Shown: one piece after another, positions 38,202 through 47,185 of the stretch
How the letters are laid out: each line of letters opens with the position of its first letter
Numbering within the stretch: the stretch's first letter is position 1
From: Vulcanimicrobiota bacterium
GTDB taxonomy: Bacteria > Vulcanimicrobiota > Vulcanimicrobiia > Vulcanimicrobiales > Vulcanimicrobiaceae
DNA: 64,000 bases
Assembly (NCBI GenBank): GCA_963820825.1
Contig: CAWGBN010000008.1
Coordinates: 544,001-608,000, forward strand
Direction: 5' to 3'
Translations under genes and position numbers: made by a program
The notes under the pieces: generated by a model
Database searches by the model: none
What the model saw: only the letters and a program-made list of their open reading frames with translations
What the model was told of the DNA's origin: nothing

Positions 38202-39136
38202 GCCGGTTCCGCGGCGTGCAGGCGCTCGAGGCTTGCCTCGAGGTCGTATCCCTCGCGGCGAATGCGCACGTCGAAGTAATAGATCGCAAAGACGATCACC
38301 ACGAAGGGATTGATGAAAGCGGTCGGCAGCGTTTGGACGACGGCTTGCAGCAGCGCTAGGTGCGCCAGCGCCGTCAATATCCCCAAGATGCTGAACATCG
38401 TCGAGGCGCCGAAGGTAATCGCCCCGACGGCGACCGCAAAGAGTATCGAACGCCAGAACTCGCTACGGTTGAGCACGCGCGCAAATCCGAGCTGCACCGC
38501 GGCCATCACGTCGCGCTCTTCGATGACGACGCCGTACATCGCAAAGGCGAGTGCGACGACCAGCGGTGCCAGTAGGAGCAAAGCCAGAAAGAACATGATG
38601 AAAAACGCGATCGTCGCGAGCGCGAATCCCAGCGCCGGAACGATCGCCGTGAGCGCCATGGTGATAAAGATGAAAGCGATCACGACGATGACCACGATCA
38701 GATACCAGCCGAGCACGATGACGAACTCGAGGCCCATCAGGGCAAGAATCTGCGGCCACCGGTGCAGCACCGCTTCGTAGCAGGCGCGAAACTCGACCGG
38801 GCGGTCGCGATAGAGGCGCGCGACACCAACGGCAACGGCGTTCATCACGAACGGCGCCATCAAATAGGCCAAGAGGACTACGACGAGCGAGATCGCGATC
38901 GCGGACGGTGAGTCGAGAATCGTTGGAACGTGCTCGGTACGCACGCTCTGTGGATTGATCAAGACGCGGATCATCGCGTCGTACTCCGGCTGCTCGGTCA
39001 CTGCAAGGATGTACTGCAAGATCGCAAACGGCACGACCAAGACCATGACGATCGCCGCGAACGGAACGAAGTTCCGGATATAGAGCGTCACGGCACGGTC
39101 GAAGATCTCGCCGAATCCGAGAGGTCGCAACTCCAT
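38198..39136 (-). CDS. Integral membrane protein of the MoxR cluster
   Basis: LRPLGFGEIFDRA..Y.RNF and YYFDVRIRREGYDLE motifs. Confidence 0.85.
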   Translation of the reverse strand: MELRPLGFGEIFDRAVTLYIRNFVPFAAIVMVLVVPFAILQYILAVTEQPEYDAMIRVLINPQSVRTEHVPTILDSPSAIAISLVVVLLAYLMAPFVMNAVAVGVARLYRDRPVEFRACYEAVLHRWPQILALMGLEFVIVLGWYLIVVIVVIAFIFITMALTAIVPALGFALATIAFFIMFFLALLLLAPLVVALAFAMYGVVIEERDVMAAVQLGFARVLNRSEFWRSILFAVAVGAITFGASTMFSILGILTALAHLALLQAVVQTLPTAFINPFVVIVFAIYYFDVRIRREGYDLEASLERLHAAEPA

Positions 39137-39158
39137 TGCCGGGCGGGTTCTTGCTCGC

Positions 39159-39977
39159 TTAGGCCGGCACCCCCGCGCTGCCGTTCACGCGCGTCCACGC
39201 GCCGATCTGCAGCGGCAAAAAGAGATGGCCGCCGGCGGCGAGCGTCTCGCGCTCCAAACGCTCGGCGAAGGAGTCGACGTCGAGGTGGCCGGCCGAGACC
39301 GCGGCGTTGCCGCGCGTCGCCGGGAGCAGTTCGCGAAGCGTCGATTCGAAGAACGCATAGCCGAGCGAGCCGGCGCCGTGAACGACGCGCAGTTCGCTGC
39401 GCACCCCCGGGAGCGACAGTCCGGCCTCGGTAAAAAGATTTACCAGCCGCAGGCCCATGTCGACGTGCACGCCGGCGTCGCGCATCGTCGCGATCGACCA
39501 GCGCGCGAACCGGCGGTAGAGCGGCACGTGCGGCCAATCCGACGTTTGCGGCCAGAGGATCGAATCGTAGTGCCACTCTTGGAAGACGATTCGTCCGCCC
39601 TCGTGGACGAGACGCGCGGCGGCCCGGATCGCTTCGGCGGGCTCGCGGTCGCGCATCAGATAGAATCGGCCGATTACCGCGTCCACCGGCTCCTCGAGGT
39701 GCAGATCGCGCAGCTCTCCCGCGCGAAACTCGATGCGGTCGAAGCCTTCGGCCTCGGCGCGCCGGCAGGCGCGATCCACGTTGCGCAAATCGGCATCGAT
39801 TCCGATGACTGTACCGTCGCGTCCGACGCGCTCGGCGACGAGCAGCGCGAGATCGGCGAGATCGGGTCCGATGACCAGGACGCGCATCCCCGGAGTGATG
39901 CCCGAGCATGCGAGCAGCTCCTCGGTTAGCGGTTGCGCGAAGGCCGCCTCGACGGCCGGGGTGAGTTGCGTTCTCAT
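39159..39977 (-). CDS. Class I SAM-dependent methyltransferase-like protein with degenerate motif I
   Basis: GITPGMRVLVIGPDLAD, VIGIDAD, VDAVIGRFYLM, GGRIVFQE. Confidence 0.75.
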   Translation of the reverse strand: MRTQLTPAVEAAFAQPLTEELLACSGITPGMRVLVIGPDLADLALLVAERVGRDGTVIGIDADLRNVDRACRRAEAEGFDRIEFRAGELRDLHLEEPVDAVIGRFYLMRDREPAEAIRAAARLVHEGGRIVFQEWHYDSILWPQTSDWPHVPLYRRFARWSIATMRDAGVHVDMGLRLVNLFTEAGLSLPGVRSELRVVHGAGSLGYAFFESTLRELLPATRGNAAVSAGHLDVDSFAERLERETLAAGGHLFLPLQIGAWTRVNGSAGVPA

Positions 39978-40053
39978 GGCACCATTCTCGCTTCCGGCAG
40001 ACCCGAAGACCACGAAGATACTAACATTTTCGCCCCGAAGACTCGCTCGTACC

Positions 40054-42510
40054 GTGGCCGAGCAGCTCGGAGAGTTACTGCGCTCGCTTCGTTCCGCCGC
40101 TCTGCTCTCGCAAGAGGCACTCGCGGAGCGCTCGGGACTCTCCACGCGCACCGTCAGCGATATCGAGACCGGTTCGGCGCGCACGCCGCGGTTGATCACG
40201 GTCATGCTGCTCGCCGAGGCGATGGCTCTCTCCGAGGCCGACCGCACGCGGCTCCAGGATGCCGCCCGCCGGCCGGCCGCGCGCCCAGCCGGCACGAAGA
40301 CGTTCTCACCGAGTTTGGCACTGCAGGCGACGCCGCTGGTTGGGCGCGATCGCGATGCCGAACAGGTCGGCGCGCTGCTCCTACGCGACGATGTCACGCT
40401 CGTCACCCTCGTCGGACCGGCCGGCGTCGGAAAGACCAGCCTCGCAAACCGCGTCGCCGCCGATTGCGCGGCCGCGTTCGAAGACGCTGCCGCGGTCGCC
40501 GAACTCGCGCCGATCGGCGAACCCTCACACGTTCCCGCGGTGGTTGCGCGCGCGTTGGGAATACGGGAATCGGGCGATACGCCGGCGAGCGAAGCGGTGG
40601 TCGCGTACCTGCGAGACCGCGCGATGCTGCTCGTGCTGGAGAATCTCGAGCATCTCACGCCCGCGGCTGCATGGATCGGCACGCTGCTCGCGCAATCGCC
40701 GCGCCTGACGATTCTCGCGACGAGCCGCGAGCCGCTCCATTTGAAGGCGGAGCGCATCTTCACCGTGCGTCCGCTCGACAAAGCCTCGGCGGTGCAGCTC
40801 TTCGTCGAACGTGCGCAGATGGTGAAGCCCGAGTTTGCGCTCAACGCGGGAAACGCAGAGGCCGTCGACACGATCGTCGACCATCTCGACGGATTGCCGC
40901 TCGCGATCGAGCTGGCCGCACCGCGGTTATTGCTGCTCCCGCCGAAGGCGCTCGCCGCGCGACTCGAGCGGCGTCTTCCGCTGCTCGGCGACGGCGCGAG
41001 CGATCGTCCGGCGCGCCAACAGACGATGCACGGGGCAATCGCGTGGAGCTACGATCTTCTCTCCGAATCCGAACAGCGGCTCTTCCGGCGTCTGGGCGTG
41101 TTGCACGGCGGCGGAACGCTCGAAGCGGCCGCAGCCATCGCCGCCGGCGATCGCGACGAACGCTCGATTCTCTTCCGGCTCGCGCCGCTGGTCGAGAAGA
41201 ACATGCTCTGGCTCGCGGAGGATTCCGAAGCGGAGCCGCGCGTCTCGATGCTCGAGATGCTCCGCGAGTTCGCCCACGAGCGCCTCGCCGAGAGCGACGA
41301 GCTCGCCGGCGCGCAGCGCCTCCATGCCGAGTATATGGTGGAGTTTACCGCCGGCGCCGCGCGCGATCTCAGCAGCTCGTCGCAAGCGCGACGGCTCGCA
41401 CACCTGGAGCGCGATTACGCAAACGTTCAAGCGGCGCTCGAATGGGCGGCCGCGAACGCGCAGGTCGAGCTGGGATTCCGTCTGTTGGGCGAGCTTTGGC
41501 GATTCTGGTGGCTGCACGGATATCTCAGCGAGGGAATGACCTGGATCCGGCGCTTTCTGTCGTTGCGAAACGGCCGGCCGACCGAAGTTCCCGAAGCGTT
41601 GTACGGCAACGTGTTGCGAGGGCACGTCGTGCTGCTCTCTGCCCTGGGAAGTTTCGACGAAGCACGAACAACCTGCCAGGAGGCGATCGCGCTGCAGCGG
41701 CGGCTCGGCGACGAGGCCGGACTCGCGGCCTCGCTCACCTCGCTCGGCGTCATCTACCAGTTCAACGGCGAGCACGATCGCTCGGAGGAGTCGCACGCCG
41801 AGAGCCTCGCGATCCGGCGGAGGATCGGCGACGAATCCGGCATCGCCACCTCGCTCTCGAACCTCTCGTCGGTGGCGTACGGCAAGAACGATCTCGCGCG
41901 CGCGGCCGCATTCGGCGACGAGAGCGTCGCAATCTACCGGCGCCTCGGACACGAATCGGGGATCGCGCACGCGCTCATGAAGATCGGGCTCGTCGCGGCG
42001 GCGAAAGGCGAGTACGATCGCGCGGAGGAGCTCTTCAACGAGTGCCTGCGCATGCAGCGCGCGGTCGGCAACACCGGAAGCATTCTCTACTCGCTGGTGA
42101 ACCTCGGCGCGGTCGCGCACAAGCGCGGTAAATACGCGCTCGCCATGGAGCGCTACCACGAGGCGCTCGACCTGCTCGAAGCGACGCCGAATAAGGCGGC
42201 GCTGGTGAAGACGTTCGAAGATATCGCGGCGGCGAGCGCTGCGCTCGGCGATCCCGCGAAGGGTGCGCGTCTGCTCGGCGCAGCCGACGCGATCCGCCGT
42301 ACGATCCGTTCGCCGCTCTTTCCCTCGGAGCAAGCCGAATACGAAGCGACGATCGCGGCGATGCGGGCACAGCTCGGCGAGGATGCGTTCGACGTGCAGT
42401 GGCGTATTGGGGCGAGCATCACGCTCGAGCGCGCGCTCGAAGAGGCCCGCGAAACGCGAGTGCCGACTGCGGCGGACCGCAATCGGCACGTAGGTGCGTC
42501 TCATGTTTGA
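40054..42510 (+). CDS. XRE-HTH - STAND ATPase - TPR regulator
   Basis: LSQEALAERSGLSTRTVSDIETG, GPAGVGKT, LVLENLEHL, LDGLPLAIELAA, TPR array. Confidence 0.92.
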   Translation: MAEQLGELLRSLRSAALLSQEALAERSGLSTRTVSDIETGSARTPRLITVMLLAEAMALSEADRTRLQDAARRPAARPAGTKTFSPSLALQATPLVGRDRDAEQVGALLLRDDVTLVTLVGPAGVGKTSLANRVAADCAAAFEDAAAVAELAPIGEPSHVPAVVARALGIRESGDTPASEAVVAYLRDRAMLLVLENLEHLTPAAAWIGTLLAQSPRLTILATSREPLHLKAERIFTVRPLDKASAVQLFVERAQMVKPEFALNAGNAEAVDTIVDHLDGLPLAIELAAPRLLLLPPKALAARLERRLPLLGDGASDRPARQQTMHGAIAWSYDLLSESEQRLFRRLGVLHGGGTLEAAAAIAAGDRDERSILFRLAPLVEKNMLWLAEDSEAEPRVSMLEMLREFAHERLAESDELAGAQRLHAEYMVEFTAGAARDLSSSSQARRLAHLERDYANVQAALEWAAANAQVELGFRLLGELWRFWWLHGYLSEGMTWIRRFLSLRNGRPTEVPEALYGNVLRGHVVLLSALGSFDEARTTCQEAIALQRRLGDEAGLAASLTSLGVIYQFNGEHDRSEESHAESLAIRRRIGDESGIATSLSNLSSVAYGKNDLARAAAFGDESVAIYRRLGHESGIAHALMKIGLVAAAKGEYDRAEELFNECLRMQRAVGNTGSILYSLVNLGAVAHKRGKYALAMERYHEALDLLEATPNKAALVKTFEDIAAASAALGDPAKGARLLGAADAIRRTIRSPLFPSEQAEYEATIAAMRAQLGEDAFDVQWRIGASITLERALEEARETRVPTAADRNRHVGASHV

Positions 42511-42519
42511 GAGCGTCGT

Positions 42520-43588
42520 CTAGCGGTAGCTTCCGCTCGGATACGTCGCGACGCCGTACGCTGAGAACTTGTCGGGGACGCCGAAGGTGAAGAGCTTCTT
42601 GCCGCGCGGGAAGTTGTACTCTTCGACTTGTCCGTAGAAGCGGTCGGCGACGAAGAGCCGCGTGCCCTTGGCGTTCGTGGTGACGAACTCAGGCGTGCCG
42701 CCGGTGACGAGTCTCTTGGTTGTCCCAGGATTCGGAATGGTCTCGTCAACGCCGGGAAGGTACTGATCCACGGCGAGGAACTCGAACGGGTTGCTGCCGG
42801 TGCTGTTGGCGATCGCGATGCCGCCGGTTTGGCCGTACGCGTTGCTGGTCAGCTGCGTGCAGACTTCGTTGTAACCGCCGGGGAAGCAGGAGAGAAGTCC
42901 GCCCACCGCGCTGTCGTTGCTGCCTTTGAACTGCGACTCGAGCGCGTAGACCGACGTCCCGTTCTTGACGTTCGGGTTGATGAGCGCAATGCCGGTGATT
43001 TGCATGTTCGACACGGGAACGTTCCAGGTATAGATCGGATTGGCCGTTCCCGCCTGGTACTCGACGATCGTGTTCACGCCGCCGCTGTATTGACCGTTCA
43101 TCGCGACGTAGACGTTGCCGAATCCGTCGACCTTCACGTCGACCGGACCGTTCATGGCGTTGCTGATCGTGAACTCCGGGGTGCTCGAAATTCTTGGCGT
43201 ATTCGGTCACGGTGTTCGAACCGAGGTTGGCGACCCAGAGGTTTCCGGACGCGTCGGTCGCGATGCCGTTCGGAACGTCAACGCCGTTGACGATCGTGTA
43301 CTCGGCCGGAGGATTGTTCGTTTTGCTGCTCGCGTTGAAGGCGTAGATCGTGCTGTTTGTTGCGTCGGCAACGAAGAGTTTCTGTCCGCCGCTGTCGGGA
43401 TTGACGCGTTGGGCGGCCGAACCTTTGGCGTTGGCGGCGGCCGGCACGTCGAAGTGCGCCGAGCTGGGCGAAACCGGGGTCGTGGGGATCGAGGAGGATG
43501 CGCCGCTGCATCCGGCAAGCGGCTGGGAGAGGATGGCTGCGATCGCGACGCCCGTGATGGTGCGAAGCGAGAGGTTGAGATGATTCAT
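42520..43588 (-). CDS. Lipoprotein with NHL/beta-propeller repeats (one frameshift near 43190)
   Basis: Lipobox LAGC; PNGIATDASGNLWVAN continues as PVDVKVDGFGNVYVA in another frame. Confidence 0.82.
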
Positions 43589-43664
43589 TGGAAGCGCCTT
43601 TCGTATTGAGAGAAGTGGGGTATCTCGACCCTACCGCTCCCGGCGGCGCTAAACCACGAAGTTT

Positions 43665-44147
43665 CTAGACATTTGCCTGCCAGACGGGAACGCGGATGCC
43701 GTTGGCGCGATTAACGACGAAGGCGAGGAGCGTCAGCACGAAGACGGCTGCCATAAGGAAGACGAAGTCGACCGGCCGCGGCAGAATGCCGAGCGCGACG
43801 ATCAGCGTGGTGGCGCCCGCGGGCGGATGCTCGGCCTTCGCGAGAAGCATGAGCAGCGCGGTCAGCGCCAGTGCGATCGCCGCCGCGAGCACGCGTTGGG
43901 TGCCGACGCCGGAGCTCAACGGGACGCCGAGCAGCCCGGTCGCAGCGAGCCCGGCGTAGCCCGACGCGGCACCGATGAAGTGGCCGAGCAGCACTTGGCG
44001 CGGCCACGAGAAGCGGTCGAGCGGATTGGCGAAGAGCATGATCGCGGTCGGGCCCAGCGACGGAAAGATGAAGGGACGCGCCGTCGCCGCGGCCGCTAGA
44101 CCGATCACCATCATCGCAACGAAACACCAGAAGGCGGTTCGGAGCAT
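43665..44147 (-). CDS. HPP family membrane protein
   Basis: PSLGPTA..F..P, GH, EHPPAGATTL. Confidence 0.9.
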   Translation of the reverse strand: MLRTAFWCFVAMMVIGLAAAATARPFIFPSLGPTAIMLFANPLDRFSWPRQVLLGHFIGAASGYAGLAATGLLGVPLSSGVGTQRVLAAAIALALTALLMLLAKAEHPPAGATTLIVALGILPRPVDFVFLMAAVFVLTLLAFVVNRANGIRVPVWQANV

Positions 44148-44184
44148 AGTGCTAATGAGAGCACCCACCCAGGAGCCGTATGCA

Positions 44185-46014
44185 ATGATCCATGCCTTGC
44201 TTTGCGCCGCCGTGCTCGCGGTTACCCCGTCCGAACCGGCTCAGCTCTTCACCCAGGAGCGCGCCGCGGCCGGCGGCGCCGCGTGGGATGCAATCGGCGA
44301 AATCGTCGAGCGCGGAACCTTTGCCGGTGCCGGCTTGAACGGGCCGTATACCAGCTACGTCGATACCAAGACGGGAATGTCGCGCACGGTCCTGACGATC
44401 TCGGGCGCGACGCAGGCGCAAGGCTACGACGCGCAGGGTGCCTGGTCGCAGCAAGGTGGCCTCGTGGAACCGCTCGAGGATCCGGCGAGCCTCGCGTCGG
44501 CGCGAACCGCCGCCTACATCGCGCGCAACGGCTGGTGGAATCCCAGCGGCGATCCGGCGACCTTCTCATACGTTGGCCGCAAAGAATCGGGCGCGGCTTC
44601 GTACGACGTGGTTCGGGTCGTGCCGAGCGGCGGCAATCCGATCGAGGCGTGGCTCGACGCGTCGTCGCACCTGCTTGCCAAGACCGTCATCACCGATGCT
44701 TCGAACGCCGTAACGACGACGGCGCTCTCCGATTACCGCCCGACGCACGGGGTGATGTATCCCTTTGCCACGACGGTGAGCAACGGCAATCCGAAGTACG
44801 ATCAGCGTACCGGTGTAACGAGCGTGGAGTTCTCCGCGACGGCGCACGTTGCGGATTTCACCCGCCCGCAGAATCAGCGCACTGGAAGCATCGCCGGCGG
44901 CAAGAGCTCGACGACGATTCCCTTCGACTTGGACGATCCGCTCCACGGACACATCGTGATCGTCGCGCGAGTCAACGGCTCGCGACCGCTGCACGTGATC
45001 TTCGACACCGGCGGGAGCAACGTGGTGACGCCGGCGATCGCGCAGGAGATCGGATTGCACGGCGGCGGTTCGGTCGCGGCCGGCGGCGCGGGCGAGCAGC
45101 AAGTCTCGGTGCAGCTCGCCTTTGGAACGACGCTGACGGTCGGCGGTGCGACGATCTCCGATCAGCAGTTCGCGATCTTCCCGCTTCCGCCGTCGCTCGT
45201 CGGCATTACCGGTAAGTATCGCATCGACGGCGTCGTCGGATACGAGATCCTCAAGAACTTCGTCGTCTCGATCGATTACGTCCACCGGCGTATGATGCTG
45301 ACCGAACCGGCAGCCTACACGCCACCGCCCGGAGCGACGGCGCTCCGCTTTCGGTCGGCGACGATACCGGTCGTTCCGGCGCGCATCGACGGCGTCGAGG
45401 GAACCTTCATGGTCGATACCGGCAACGCGTTTTATAACACGATTTCGCAGGAGTTCGTAACCGCCCACGAGCTCGCGTCGAATCTGCCGGGCAACGTCTT
45501 GGTGCAGAGCAGCGGAAACATCGGCGGGGCGATCCGCCCGCGTCTGACGCGCTCGGCAAGCTTTGAGATCGGCCCCTACCGTATTTCGAGACCGGTCTTT
45601 GCCGTGACCAACACCACAAAGGGGGCGCTTGCGGGAACGGCCTTCTCGGGAAATATCGGCGAACCGATCTTAACGCGCTTCGATGTCGCCTTCGACTACG
45701 GCCGAAGCACGATCTACTTGAAGCCTAACGCGAACTTCGACAAGCCGTACCTTGGGACGCTCGACGGGATGTCGCTCTACGAGCCGCAAGCTGGCCAGAT
45801 CCGCGTTGCGTTCGTCAATCGCGGCTCCCCGGCCGCGCTCGCCGGGCTCCTTGCCGGCGATCGCATCCTCTCGGTAAACGGCGTCGCCGCGGCAAAGCTC
45901 GGCCTCGCCGGCATCGCAGTGCTCGAACGCGGCGAGCGCTCCGTGAAGATCGCCTACTCGCGCGACGGTAAAACGTTAACGACGACGTTTGCGCCACGCG
46001 AGATGGTTCCGTAG
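44185..46014 (+). CDS. Secreted aspartyl protease (two retropepsin-like domains) with PDZ domain
   Basis: IFDTGG and MVDTGN; GSPAALAGLLAGDRILSVNG; AGGAG RBS. Confidence 0.88.
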   Translation: MIHALLCAAVLAVTPSEPAQLFTQERAAAGGAAWDAIGEIVERGTFAGAGLNGPYTSYVDTKTGMSRTVLTISGATQAQGYDAQGAWSQQGGLVEPLEDPASLASARTAAYIARNGWWNPSGDPATFSYVGRKESGAASYDVVRVVPSGGNPIEAWLDASSHLLAKTVITDASNAVTTTALSDYRPTHGVMYPFATTVSNGNPKYDQRTGVTSVEFSATAHVADFTRPQNQRTGSIAGGKSSTTIPFDLDDPLHGHIVIVARVNGSRPLHVIFDTGGSNVVTPAIAQEIGLHGGGSVAAGGAGEQQVSVQLAFGTTLTVGGATISDQQFAIFPLPPSLVGITGKYRIDGVVGYEILKNFVVSIDYVHRRMMLTEPAAYTPPPGATALRFRSATIPVVPARIDGVEGTFMVDTGNAFYNTISQEFVTAHELASNLPGNVLVQSSGNIGGAIRPRLTRSASFEIGPYRISRPVFAVTNTTKGALAGTAFSGNIGEPILTRFDVAFDYGRSTIYLKPNANFDKPYLGTLDGMSLYEPQAGQIRVAFVNRGSPAALAGLLAGDRILSVNGVAAAKLGLAGIAVLERGERSVKIAYSRDGKTLTTTFAPREMVP

Positions 46015-47148
46015 ATGCCTCTCTCGCGCGCGGAGTTCATCGGTTCCTCGCTCGGCGCGTCGGCGCTGCTTGCGGCCGGCGCGCCGGCACGCGCGCTCGC
46101 CGCCGCATCTCCTTCCGATAGCCGGCTCGTGCCGGTGCGGATCGATCCGGGCCGCGTCATCCGCACGATCGTCGGCTTGCGTCCCTATCGCGCCGCGGGA
46201 TTCGTGCTGCGTGCCGAGCCGTTCGGCGATAAGGTGCTGGTGCACAACTACGGCCACGGCGGCGGCGGTTTTAGCCTTTCCTGGGGCTGCGCGATGCTCG
46301 CCGCCGATTTGATTGCCGATCGCTCTCCCGCTGATGCGGCGGTCTTGGGCTGCGGCGTCATCGGATTAACCACTGCGCGCATATTGCAGGAACGCGGATG
46401 GCGGGTCACCATCTACGCCGCCGACCTTCCGCCGCAGACCACCTCGAACGTTGCGGGCGCGCAGTGGACGCCGACGGCCGTCTTCACTCGGAATCGAACG
46501 ACGCCGGCATTCATGGATACTTATCGCAAGGCCTCACGCCTCGCCAACCGAAGCTTTCAACTGATGGTCGGTCCGACGTATGGCGTGCGCTGGATCGACA
46601 ACTACGTGCTCAAGCACGACGCGCAGCCCGGCGGCGAGATCGATAATGCCGAAGCGACCGGCATCGCCGATCTCTACGCCGATATCGAGACGGTCGATCC
46701 AAACTCGGTGCCGTTCGCCGGCTTTTCAAATATCCGCCGCTTCGCCTCGATGCTGATGGAGCCGAACACCTTTCTGCCCGCCGTACAGCGCGATTTTCTC
46801 TTGCAGGGCGGCAAGATCGTGGTGCGCGACTTTCACGCGCCGTCCGAGATCGCGCGGCTGCACGAACGCGTGCTCTTCAACTGCACCGGCTTGGGCTCGC
46901 GCGCGCTCTTCGGCGACACGATGCTCGAACCGGTCCGCGGTCAGCTCACGATTCTCGAGCCGCAACCCGACGTCGACTACTGCTACCTGGTGAACACGCC
47001 CTTGCTCTACATGTTTCCGCGCAGCGACGGCATCCTGTTGGGCGGCACCTTCGAATTCGGCAACTGGTCGACGGCAGTCGACCTCGCAACGCAAAACCGC
47101 ATCCTTACCGAACACGCCGCCGTCTTCCGCGCCAACGTGTCGTCCTGA
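46015..47148 (+). CDS. D-amino acid oxidase-like FAD oxidoreductase, circularly permuted, with Tat-like leader
   Basis: VGLRPYR and HNYGHGGGG..SWG precede GCGVIG; TTSNVAG, NCTGLG, RGQ, PRSDG..LGGT. Confidence 0.87.
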   Translation: MPLSRAEFIGSSLGASALLAAGAPARALAAASPSDSRLVPVRIDPGRVIRTIVGLRPYRAAGFVLRAEPFGDKVLVHNYGHGGGGFSLSWGCAMLAADLIADRSPADAAVLGCGVIGLTTARILQERGWRVTIYAADLPPQTTSNVAGAQWTPTAVFTRNRTTPAFMDTYRKASRLANRSFQLMVGPTYGVRWIDNYVLKHDAQPGGEIDNAEATGIADLYADIETVDPNSVPFAGFSNIRRFASMLMEPNTFLPAVQRDFLLQGGKIVVRDFHAPSEIARLHERVLFNCTGLGSRALFGDTMLEPVRGQLTILEPQPDVDYCYLVNTPLLYMFPRSDGILLGGTFEFGNWSTAVDLATQNRILTEHAAVFRANVSS

Positions 47149-47182
47149 GCGAAGCGCGCGGTAGCGCGCGAAGTCGAAGGGG
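47138..47182 (+). repeat. REP-like repeat, long form, providing the oxidase stop codon
   Basis: TGTCGTCCTGAGCGAAGCGCGCGGTAGCGCGCGAAGTCGAAGGGG. Confidence 0.85.
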
Positions 47183-47185
47183 CGC

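Noticed and set aside
32063..39136. MoxR/DUF58/DUF4350/DUF4129/RDD/SpoIIM cluster as a novel system
   Set aside because: A widespread, previously recognised gene neighbourhood; SpoIIM here does not imply sporulation
39733..42504. Long overlapping ORFs (732 aa, 525 aa, and the extension of the 570-aa ORF)
   Set aside because: Shadow frames of a high-GC gene with low-complexity Arg/Ala content and no motifs
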